Part shown: piece after piece, positions 19,818 to 28,154 of the stretch | Layout: the number at the start of each line of letters is the position of its first letter | How positions within the stretch are numbered: position 1 is the stretch's first letter | DNA from: Oceanococcus sp. | Lineage (GTDB): Bacteria; Pseudomonadota; Gammaproteobacteria; Nevskiales; Oceanococcaceae | Direction: 5' to 3' | DNA length: 63,494 nt | Assembly (NCBI GenBank): GCA_041619315.1 | Contig: JBFKEC010000001.1 | Coordinates: 1-63,494 of the forward strand | Made by a program: the position numbers and the translations under genes | The notes under the pieces: model-generated | What the model was told of the DNA's origin: nothing | The model's database searches: none | The model's input: the letters and a program-made list of their open reading frames with translations, nothing else

Positions 19818-21575
19818 CTAAGAGGCCTTTTTGCGGCGTTGCAGCCAGATCACCAGCAGCGTCAGAGCCAGCAGGAGCCACGGCCCATAGCGCAAAGCAC
19901 GGTCGTGCATGCTGTTGATGGTGAGTTGGCGCCGGGCGTCGTAGTTTTCCGGGACTTCCAGGGCGCCGACATCATCCGCCCAGTTTTGATACAGCTCGCG
20001 CATGCGCTGGAAGCGCTGAGGGTGCGTGCTCGACAGGTCCTGGGTTTCGCCCGGATCGATGGCGATGTTGAACAGCTTCCACTGGTTGTCGCCGTAGCTT
20101 GGGCGATTGCGAGACAGTTTGTAGTCGCCCGTGAACAGGGCTACGTTGCCCGCGGTTTCAAACGCCACGATGTCATCGGGCTCACGCACCAAGGCCTCGG
20201 AGCGTTGGATCAGGGGATACAGCGAACGTCCCCGAATGGGCTCTATGCCGGCGGGCGATTGATCGGTGATGCCGGCGATATCGAGCAATGTCGGGGCGAT
20301 GTCGATGACAAAGCCGGGCTGCGATATGGGGCCGGCCTGAGGGATCGCTGCACCGGAGAAAATGGCCGGTACGCGCACGCCACCTTCGCCAGTGTAAAAC
20401 TTGAACAGCGCGTGGGGTGAGGCGGCCGCACTGGCAAACTCGGGGCCGATATAGCCGTAAGTGCCTTTTTCGCCCAGGGTGTCGAGCTCCAGTGAATAGT
20501 CCATCCAGTCCAGCCACATGGCCATGCCGGGTGTTTCTAGCGGGTCATTGTGCTCGGGCCCGTTGTCGGACAGAAACACGAATGTGGTGTTGTCATATTC
20601 GCCGGTGGTTTTGAGATGCGCGATGAGGCGACCGATATGATGGTCCATGGCCTCGATCATGCCGGCGTTGACCTGCATGTTCATGGCCAGGCGGCGACGG
20701 GTTTGTTCATCCAGCGCAGCCCACTCGCGCAGGCCGTCCGGCATGGCGCCGATCGGCGCATCCGGGTCGACAATACCGAGTTCCACAGCGCGTGCATGGC
20801 GTGCTGCGCGGATCGCGTCCCAGCCCTCATCGTAGACACCGTTGTAGCGTTCCACATATTCGCGTGGTGCCTGTACCGGGATGTGTACGGCCTGGAAGGC
20901 GAGGTAGGCAAAGAAGGGTTGCTCGGCATCCTGGCCGGAATCGATGTACTCAATCAGTTTGTCGACGAGAAAGCGTGATGAGTAGAAATCATCAGGCAGC
21001 GTGGTGGGTTCGCCATCTTCAAACCACGGCGCCTCGGGATATATCGGCAGATAGGGTTTTTGTTCCCAATTGTCAGCGCCCGATGCCTCCAGTGCGAACG
21101 AGCGATCAAAGCCGCGGGCGTTGGGCAGCGAGCGTGGGTCCTTGCCCAGATGCCACTTGCCGGTCATGTAGGTGCGGTAGCCGGCGGATTTCAGCCGGGT
21201 GGCGATGGTTTGCACGCGCTCGTTGAGGCGGCCGAGATAGGCCGGTTCACCGCGAAAGCGCAGTGGCGTTGTTTCCGGCAGATTGCCCAGTCCCGCTCGG
21301 TGACTTTCCACCCCGGTCATGAGCATGGCGCGCGACGGTGAGCACAGCGGTGAGGTGTGGTAGCTGGTCAACAGAGTGCCGCGTGCCGCCAATGCATCAA
21401 TATTGGGCGTGTTCACTTCACTGCCATAGGCGCCCAGATCGGTATAGCCCAGATCGTCGGCCATGATGAGCACGATATTGGGTGGTGCTGCGCTGGCCAG
21501 GGTTATCGGGCCTAAGGCCAGCAGAAACCCAGCCATTGCGCGTAGCGCACGCGAACTCCATTGCTCTGCATCCAT
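19818..21575 (-). CDS. Cys-type (S1) arylsulfatase with signal peptide and C-terminal TM tail
   Basis: PNIVLIMADDLG, CSPSRAMLMTG (CxPxR), GKWHLG, SDNG; AGGAG SD; ends in GPWLLLALTLLVIWLQRRKKAS. Confidence 0.95.
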   Translation of the reverse strand: MDAEQWSSRALRAMAGFLLALGPITLASAAPPNIVLIMADDLGYTDLGAYGSEVNTPNIDALAARGTLLTSYHTSPLCSPSRAMLMTGVESHRAGLGNLPETTPLRFRGEPAYLGRLNERVQTIATRLKSAGYRTYMTGKWHLGKDPRSLPNARGFDRSFALEASGADNWEQKPYLPIYPEAPWFEDGEPTTLPDDFYSSRFLVDKLIEYIDSGQDAEQPFFAYLAFQAVHIPVQAPREYVERYNGVYDEGWDAIRAARHARAVELGIVDPDAPIGAMPDGLREWAALDEQTRRRLAMNMQVNAGMIEAMDHHIGRLIAHLKTTGEYDNTTFVFLSDNGPEHNDPLETPGMAMWLDWMDYSLELDTLGEKGTYGYIGPEFASAAASPHALFKFYTGEGGVRVPAIFSGAAIPQAGPISQPGFVIDIAPTLLDIAGITDQSPAGIEPIRGRSLYPLIQRSEALVREPDDIVAFETAGNVALFTGDYKLSRNRPSYGDNQWKLFNIAIDPGETQDLSSTHPQRFQRMRELYQNWADDVGALEVPENYDARRQLTINSMHDRALRYGPWLLLALTLLVIWLQRRKKAS

Positions 21576-21639
21576 CTTGTGCGGTCTCCTTTTTTTATGT
21601 CTTTACTGTAGCAGGGGTGCTTGGCATGCTGGGATTTTA

Positions 21640-21654
21640 TAGACATACTGTAAA
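21640..21654 (+). promoter_or_regulatory. Putative operator, copy 3
   Basis: TAGACATACTGTAAA in the divergent sulfatase/MBL-hydrolase intergenic region. Confidence 0.65.
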
Positions 21655-21693
21655 CAAATAAGCGTGAGCATAGCGACCACGCGGGGAGACGGC

Positions 21694-22770
21694 ATGACGC
21701 GAAAAATATGGATGGGCTTTGCCGGTCTGGCAGTGGTGCTGGTCACCCTGGCGGGCCTGTTTGGCGACCGCATTTTGCTGCGTGTCATGCAGCGCCAGGT
21801 CGAGTTGAACCTGTCCGAAGCCGGGTTTGCGCAATATGCCGAGGGTCTGCATGTGGTCCTGTGTGGGGCCGGCTCACCGATGCCTGATCCAAAGCGCGCC
21901 GGGCCTTGCGTTGCCGTGATTGCGGGCGAACACATATATGTGGTCGATGTGGGTAGCGGGGCGGTACGCAACATGACTCAGCAGGGTCTGCCACCAGGCC
22001 GTGTGGAGGCTTTGCTGCTCACGCATTTTCATTCCGATCACATTGACGGTGTCGGTGAACTCATGCTGCAGCGCTGGGCTGGCGGTGCGCGCAAGACCCC
22101 CTTGCCGGTGGTCGGTCCGACAGGCGTGGATGAGATTGTGCAGGGTTTCAATCAGGCCTATAGCCATGACTTTGGCTATCGCGTTGCCCATCACGGAACG
22201 CAAGTGATGGCGCCTGACGGTGGCGGTGCCACGGCACAGGCCTTTGTCACGCCGCCGCCGGGCGTGGGCGAAGTGGTGATCGACAAGGGCGGCCTTAAGG
22301 TCACCGCATTTGCAGTGGACCATGCCCCGGTGTCGCCGGCCGTGGGTTACCGATTCGATTATCAGGGACGCAGTGTGGTGATTTCCGGCGACACCGTGAA
22401 GTCGGCCAATCTGACGTACTTTGCCCAAGGGGTAGATGTGCTGGTGCACGAAGCCCTGGACGCGCATTTGGTGGATGTGATTACCCAGGCTGCCGAGGCT
22501 GTCGGGTCGCAGCAGATGGCGATCATCAGTGCTGATATCCATGACTATCACACCACGCCGCGTCAGGCCGCCGAAGTGGCCCAGAGCGCCGGAGCACGAC
22601 ATTTGCTGTTCTATCACATCGTTCCGGCCTTGCCGCTGCGCCGACTTGAGGCGCTGTTTATCGACGGGGTTGAGGAGGCATATGACGGGCCGGTGACGGT
22701 TGGCCGCGATGGCACCTGGCTGGCGTTGCCACCACAGGGCAATGAGGTCATCGTGGGGCGGCGAGGCTGA
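21694..22770 (+). CDS. RNase Z-like metallo-beta-lactamase-fold hydrolase with N-terminal membrane anchor
   Basis: THFHSDH, VDH, SGDT, VHEA, YHT motifs; GGAG SD before ATG 21694. Confidence 0.88.
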   Translation: MTRKIWMGFAGLAVVLVTLAGLFGDRILLRVMQRQVELNLSEAGFAQYAEGLHVVLCGAGSPMPDPKRAGPCVAVIAGEHIYVVDVGSGAVRNMTQQGLPPGRVEALLLTHFHSDHIDGVGELMLQRWAGGARKTPLPVVGPTGVDEIVQGFNQAYSHDFGYRVAHHGTQVMAPDGGGATAQAFVTPPPGVGEVVIDKGGLKVTAFAVDHAPVSPAVGYRFDYQGRSVVISGDTVKSANLTYFAQGVDVLVHEALDAHLVDVITQAAEAVGSQQMAIISADIHDYHTTPRQAAEVAQSAGARHLLFYHIVPALPLRRLEALFIDGVEEAYDGPVTVGRDGTWLALPPQGNEVIVGRRG

Positions 22771-22795
22771 GAGCACGGCCATCAAGGACATGAGC

Positions 22796-23902
22796 ATGAG
22801 CAAGACATACCGTTTCTACGGTTGGGAAATGTCGCTGTACAGCGGCAAGCTGCGGGCCTATTTGCGGCACAAGAACATTCCCTTTGAGGAGCGCCGGGCG
22901 ACGCTGTGGGACATGCGCCAGATTCGCCGTCAAACTGGTGCCCAGGTGCTTCCGGTGCTGGTCACGCCGGAGGGGCAATGGCTGCAGGACACCTCGCACA
23001 TCATCGATCAATTGGAAGCCCGCTTCCCTCAGGCCTCAGCCATTCCCGAGACACCGCGACAGCGGATTGCGGCCTATCTTCTGGAGGCCTGGGGCGATGA
23101 ATTCTGGCTGGCCAGCGCGATGCACTATCGTTGGCACTTTGCCGAAAACTATGGCGAAATTTTCCAGCCAGAGGGCGGCGACAATCTTCTGCCGCATGCG
23201 CCACGCTGGCTGAAAAACCGGCTGGTTGACCGGGTCGCCATGGCGATGCGCTCGTTCCTGCCGGGATTGGGTGTTGTGCCTGGGCAAACCGCTGCGATCG
23301 AAGCCTGGAGCGAAACCATGTGCGATGCCCTGAACGCCCACTTTGCCGAGCATCGCTATCTGCTCGGCCAGCGGCCCAGTCTTGGGGACTACGGCTTGAT
23401 CGGCCCGCTATACGCACATCTTGGGCGTGATCCTTATCCTGCTCGCCATTTGATCGGGCCGCGTCCGCATCTGGCTGCCTGGATAGAGCGGATGCAGCAA
23501 CCCGATGGGCAGGATGGCGAGTTTCTTGCCGATGACGCCATTGCAGATACGCTCGGGCCGCTTTTTGAATCGATATTTGGCGAGTTTTGGGCGTATCTGA
23601 TGGCCACCCTTGAGGCGCTGCAGCACGCGCCTGAGCCGCAACATGGGCGTGGCTATTCACGCGCGCTTGGTACGGTTTCGACAACCCTGGCTGGGCAGCC
23701 GTTTCGCAGCAAGGCGCGACCATTCAGTTTGTGGATGTTGCAGCGAGGGCTTGAGGCATATGCGGCCATGAGCGCGGAGCAGCAAACCATGGTTGACACC
23801 TGGCTGGCCGATTTCGCAGCGGGCGAGGCGCTGCATCTTCGCCTGCCGCGGTTAAGGCGTATGGCCTTGCATGTGGCCCCGGACCAGCAGGCTGTCGCGT
23901 GA
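22796..23902 (+). CDS. Glutathione S-transferase family protein (long form)
   Basis: SLYSGKLRAYL, VLPVL, LQDTSHII, YLLGQRPSLGDYGL; AAGGA SD fits ATG 22796 (alternative 22790). Confidence 0.82.
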   Translation: MSKTYRFYGWEMSLYSGKLRAYLRHKNIPFEERRATLWDMRQIRRQTGAQVLPVLVTPEGQWLQDTSHIIDQLEARFPQASAIPETPRQRIAAYLLEAWGDEFWLASAMHYRWHFAENYGEIFQPEGGDNLLPHAPRWLKNRLVDRVAMAMRSFLPGLGVVPGQTAAIEAWSETMCDALNAHFAEHRYLLGQRPSLGDYGLIGPLYAHLGRDPYPARHLIGPRPHLAAWIERMQQPDGQDGEFLADDAIADTLGPLFESIFGEFWAYLMATLEALQHAPEPQHGRGYSRALGTVSTTLAGQPFRSKARPFSLWMLQRGLEAYAAMSAEQQTMVDTWLADFAAGEALHLRLPRLRRMALHVAPDQQAVA

Positions 23903-24741
23903 TGCATAGCGACTGGCCAAGAGCCGTGGCGCTGGTGGGGCTTTTCGTTCTGGCGGGGCCACTTCACGCCGACATGATTGCGCTGCCCGGTGGCGAAACA
24001 CGCATTGGTGATGATCAGGGCCATCCCGATGAGCAACCCTCATTCATGGCTCAGGTCAGCCCCTTTGAACTGGACCGCGGGCCGGTCAGCGTGGCGGCGT
24101 TCGCACAATACGCGGAGCAGAATGATGTTCAGACCGATGCGCAGCAGCTTGGTAGCGCCGCGGTCATGCGCTTTGGTACCGGGCAATGGACACTGATTGC
24201 CGGGGCCAACTGGCAACGCCCACTGGGGCCCAGCGGGTCACCAGCGCAGCCTGACCACCCGGTCACTCAGGTCTCCTGGAATGATGCGCAGGCCTATTGC
24301 GCCGCTCAGGGCAAGCGACTGCCTTCCGAAATTGAGTATGAATATGCAGCGCGTTTGGCCGGCCACGGTGACAAGCATGCGTTTGGCCGTCGTCTGGTCA
24401 AGGAAGGTCGCTACATGGCCAATGTCTGGACCGGCGTGTTCCCGGTAATCAACAGCGAAGCGGATGGCTACAAGGGCACTTCACCGGTTGGTGCTTTCGG
24501 TCAGGACGCACTGGGATTTGAGGATCTGGCCGGCAATGTCTGGGAATGGACAGCAGACTGGTATCAAGCCTATCCACCCAGTGACGCCAGCGCGCAAACT
24601 GAAAAGGTGCAGCGTGGTGGCTCGTTTCTGTGTGATCCCAATGTCTGCTATGGCTTTCGGGTCAGTGCGCGGGCCCACGCCACGCCGGATTCGGCCCTGA
24701 TGCACGTAGGGTTTCGTTGTGCGCGGGATATCAAAGGCTGA
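23899..24741 (+). CDS. Formylglycine-generating enzyme (SUMF1/FGE family)
   Basis: HPVTQVSWNDA, RLPSEIEYEYAAR, AGNVWEW, RGGSFLCDPNVC (catalytic CxxxxC), HVGFRC; N-terminal signal peptide. Confidence 0.92.
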   Translation: MMHSDWPRAVALVGLFVLAGPLHADMIALPGGETRIGDDQGHPDEQPSFMAQVSPFELDRGPVSVAAFAQYAEQNDVQTDAQQLGSAAVMRFGTGQWTLIAGANWQRPLGPSGSPAQPDHPVTQVSWNDAQAYCAAQGKRLPSEIEYEYAARLAGHGDKHAFGRRLVKEGRYMANVWTGVFPVINSEADGYKGTSPVGAFGQDALGFEDLAGNVWEWTADWYQAYPPSDASAQTEKVQRGGSFLCDPNVCYGFRVSARAHATPDSALMHVGFRCARDIKG

Positions 24742-24744
24742 TCC

Positions 24745-26397
24745 ATGAAGCGCAAATTGATCGTACTCGCAAGCGTGCTGGTGGTTGCGGTCGCCAGTCT
24801 GTATTTCGCCCGCGTCAGCGTCCTGCTGCACATCAGTGGCTGGCTGACGGATCTGCGTCATCCGGTTGCCAAGAACCGCCCGGTTGAATGGAATCCGGGG
24901 CCTGATCAGGCTGAGCGCGATGCGCAGGAACGACCGCCCAATGTGGTGCTGATCGTATTCGATGATCTGGGATTCAACGATGTCAGCACCTACGGCGGCG
25001 GGATGCCAGAGGTGCCAACCCCGAATATTGATGCGGTGGCGGAGCAGGGCGTGCGTTTTACCCGCGGGTATGCAGCCAATGCGATTTGTGCGCCGTCACG
25101 TGCGGCATTGCTCACCGGACGTTATCCCACCCGTTTCGGCTTCGAATTCACCCCGTTGCCGGGCAATATGGCGCGCGTTGCGCCGATGATCTATGCACAG
25201 ACACCGCGGCGACTGCCGATAGTGACCCACCCACAACGCCGAACTGAGGTGGCCGATTTCAATCAGCTCGGTCTGCCGCCCGCTGAGGTCACCATCGCCG
25301 AAGTGCTGCAGCAACGTGGTTATCACAATGTCCACATCGGCAAATGGCATCTGGGCGGCACGCCTGAATTGAGGCCGCTGAACCAGGGTTTTGATGAAAG
25401 CCTGTATCTGGAGAACGGTCTGTATCTGCCGGAGGATCATCCCGAGGTGGTCAATTCACGCCAGGAGTTTGATCCCATTGATCGCTTCTTTTGGGCCAAC
25501 ATGCGCTATGCCACCAGCTACAACGGCGGCGATTGGTTCGAGCCACGTGGCTATTTGACCGACTATTACACCGATGAAGCGGTCAAGGTTATCCAGGCCA
25601 ATCGCAACCGGCCATTTTTTCTGTATCTGGCGCACTGGGCGCCGCACAGCCCGCTGCAGGCCACACGCCAGGACTATGAGGCGCTGGCGCATATTCCCGA
25701 TCATCGCCGGCGCGTGTACGGCGCGATGCTGCGCGCGGTTGACCGCAGTGTCGGGCGGGTGCGTGATGCCTTGCACGCACAGGGGCTGGCCGACAACACT
25801 TTGCTGATACTGACCAGCGATAACGGCGCGCCCAACTATCTGGGGTTGTCAGACCTGAATAAGCCCTATCGGGGCTGGAAGCTGACCCTGTTCGAGGGTG
25901 GTGTGCACGTGCCGATGTTGGCCCAGTGGCCGGCCCGCCTACCGGCCGGGGTCGACTACAACCACCCCGTCACCAGCATGGACATACTGCCGAGTGTCGC
26001 GGCGGCCGCTGGCGCACGCTTGCCCGCTCAGCGCAAGATCGATGGGGTGAATCTGTTGCCTCATCTGAGCGGTGAGCTGTCTGCGCCGCCCCATCAGGCG
26101 CTGTTCTGGCGATCAGGCAGTTATCAGATGGTCATTGCTGACGGCTGGAAGCTGCAGGTCGCCAAACGCCCGGCCAAGACCTGGTTGTTCCATCTCGAAA
26201 CTGACCCGACCGAGCAGCAGAATCTGGCCGAACAGCGGCCCCAACGGGTTGCCCACATGCAGGCTCTGCTTGATGCCCACAACGACGACATGGTCGAGCC
26301 GTCCTGGCCTAGTCTGGTTGAGTTGCCGGTGCAAATCGACAAAACCTTGCTGGATGCTGAAAGCGAGGATGACGAGTACATTTACTGGCTCAACTGA
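24745..26397 (+). CDS. Cys-type (S1) sulfatase with N-terminal hydrophobic anchor
   Basis: PNVVLIVFDDLG, CAPSRAALLTGRYP, GKWHLG, SDNG, FEGGVHVP. Confidence 0.95.
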   Translation: MKRKLIVLASVLVVAVASLYFARVSVLLHISGWLTDLRHPVAKNRPVEWNPGPDQAERDAQERPPNVVLIVFDDLGFNDVSTYGGGMPEVPTPNIDAVAEQGVRFTRGYAANAICAPSRAALLTGRYPTRFGFEFTPLPGNMARVAPMIYAQTPRRLPIVTHPQRRTEVADFNQLGLPPAEVTIAEVLQQRGYHNVHIGKWHLGGTPELRPLNQGFDESLYLENGLYLPEDHPEVVNSRQEFDPIDRFFWANMRYATSYNGGDWFEPRGYLTDYYTDEAVKVIQANRNRPFFLYLAHWAPHSPLQATRQDYEALAHIPDHRRRVYGAMLRAVDRSVGRVRDALHAQGLADNTLLILTSDNGAPNYLGLSDLNKPYRGWKLTLFEGGVHVPMLAQWPARLPAGVDYNHPVTSMDILPSVAAAAGARLPAQRKIDGVNLLPHLSGELSAPPHQALFWRSGSYQMVIADGWKLQVAKRPAKTWLFHLETDPTEQQNLAEQRPQRVAHMQALLDAHNDDMVEPSWPSLVELPVQIDKTLLDAESEDDEYIYWLN

Positions 26398-26482
26398 GTG
26401 CGCAGATTGAGAGAGCGGTCACAGTTGTGTGGGCAACGGGTGTCTATGCTTAAGGCATTGTGGGTAAGTATTGGGGATGGCC

Positions 26483-27445
26483 ATGAAAGATTTTCAGATC
26501 GGAACTGTGATCAGTCTGCTCGGCAAGACGGCACCGTTTCTGGTATTTCGTTTTCTGATCTATTTCGGAATCACGCTGGCGTTTGTACTGACCACCGGTG
26601 TTGGGGCGGGTATGGGTTATGGCGCTGGCAGCATCTTTGGCGATGCGCCGGCCGGCGGCATGTATGGCGGCCTGCTCGGTTTTGGCGTGGCCAGCGCGGT
26701 GATGTATTTCTTGCGTGAATATCTGCTCTATATGGTCAAGGCCGGGCACATTGCGGTGCTGGTCGAGGTCATGGAAGGCGGCGATGTGCCTGATGGCAAG
26801 GGGCAGATCGAGTATGCGCAAGCTGTGGTGCGTGAACGCTTCACCGAATCCTCGGTGCTGTTCGGTGTGGATCAGCTCATCAAAGGCGTGCTCAAGTCGT
26901 TCAATCGGGTGTTTTTCACCATCGCCGCGATACTGCCCATACCGGGTCTTGCCGGGCTGGTGAAGTTTCTCAACAAGATTATCGAGCTGTCGCTGACCTA
27001 TCTGGATGAGGTCATTCTGGCCCACAACATCCGCACACGTTCGGACAACCCGTGGGCATCGGCGCGCACGGCGTTGGTGCTATACGCACAGAATTACACC
27101 ACGTTTCTACGCAATGCCGCGGTGCTTTCGATCGTGATCTGGGGGCTGACCCTGCTGGTGTTCCTGCTGATTCTGGCCCCGGTTGCGGGACTCGTGGCTT
27201 TGTTCCCAGGCAGCGCCGGGCCGCTGACATTGGTCATCACGGTGGTCTTTGCCTGGGGCGTGAAGCAGGCAGTGATCGAGCCTTTCGGCATGACCGCGTT
27301 GATGCAGGTGTATTTCACCGTAACGCGCGATCAGGAGCCCAATCCGGAATGGGAGCAAAAGCTGGAATCGGTGTCTGACAAGTTCAGCGAACTCAAAACC
27401 CGAGCGATGGACTGGACGCCGAAAGCACCATCACGTGCGGGCTAG
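26483..27445 (+). CDS. Hypothetical multi-pass membrane protein
   Basis: ~320 aa with several TM segments and coding-like composition; function not recognised; start uncertain (26471-26483). Confidence 0.75.
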   Translation: MKDFQIGTVISLLGKTAPFLVFRFLIYFGITLAFVLTTGVGAGMGYGAGSIFGDAPAGGMYGGLLGFGVASAVMYFLREYLLYMVKAGHIAVLVEVMEGGDVPDGKGQIEYAQAVVRERFTESSVLFGVDQLIKGVLKSFNRVFFTIAAILPIPGLAGLVKFLNKIIELSLTYLDEVILAHNIRTRSDNPWASARTALVLYAQNYTTFLRNAAVLSIVIWGLTLLVFLLILAPVAGLVALFPGSAGPLTLVITVVFAWGVKQAVIEPFGMTALMQVYFTVTRDQEPNPEWEQKLESVSDKFSELKTRAMDWTPKAPSRAG

Positions 27446-27452
27446 ACACACG

Positions 27453-27875
27453 CTATAGCGCGGCATCCAGAGTTTCGCCGTCCAGATAGCGGGCCTCACC
27501 GTCGCTGTAGAACTCCTGCTTGAAGATCGGCACGCGTTTCTTGAGCGCTTCGATGGCGAAGCGCGAGGCTTGGTAGGCGGCGTCGCGATGGGCAGAGTGC
27601 ACCACGATGGCGACACTGATGTCTCTCAGGCCGAGTTCGCCCAGTCGGTGCACGATGTGACAGTGTTCGATTGCAAATTGCTGTTCGGTTTCGCGGCAAA
27701 TCTCGGCCAGGGCTTTTTCGGCCAGTGCGTGATGCGCGGTGTAGCGCATGCCATGCACCGGTCGGCCGTCATTGTGCTCGCGCACCGTGCCGGTAAACAG
27801 CAGCGAGGCGCCGCAAGCGTCACTGTTGCTGGCGAGCAGGGGTTCAAGCGCGATGGGCTGGTCGGTCAAGTGCAC
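27453..27875 (-). CDS. moaE: Molybdopterin synthase catalytic subunit
   Basis: FTGTVRE, HRLGEL, SAHRDAAY, LKKRVPIFKQE. Confidence 0.95.
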   Translation of the reverse strand: MHLTDQPIALEPLLASNSDACGASLLFTGTVREHNDGRPVHGMRYTAHHALAEKALAEICRETEQQFAIEHCHIVHRLGELGLRDISVAIVVHSAHRDAAYQASRFAIEALKKRVPIFKQEFYSDGEARYLDGETLDAAL

Positions 27876-27876
27876 A

Positions 27877-28119
27877 TCAACCTCCGCTGACCGGTGGGAT
27901 CAAAGCGATTTCATCGCCGTCTGAGATTTCACAGTGCGGGCCGAGCAAGCGGTCACCGCAGGCACAGGCAATGCGCTGGGTCCAGGGTTCCAGTGCGGGG
28001 AAACGCTGGTGCAATTCGGCCAGCAACGCTTGCGCGGTAGTGGCGTCCAGTTCCAGTGTCAGTGGTGGTTCACCGAGTACGCTGACCAACGGGCCGTAGG
28101 GTATCAAGCTAATCCTCAT
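27877..28119 (-). CDS. moaD: Molybdopterin synthase sulfur carrier
   Basis: 80 aa ending GDEIALIPPVSGG; directly upstream of moaE. Confidence 0.93.
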   Translation of the reverse strand: MRISLIPYGPLVSVLGEPPLTLELDATTAQALLAELHQRFPALEPWTQRIACACGDRLLGPHCEISDGDEIALIPPVSGG

Positions 28120-28154
28120 GGCCCGATTGTAAACCGGACCGGCGATTCATGGCG

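Noticed and set aside
19386-20420. 344-aa plus-strand ORF spanning the receptor/sulfatase boundary
   Set aside because: Overlaps two confident minus-strand genes and crosses the operator region; no motifs.
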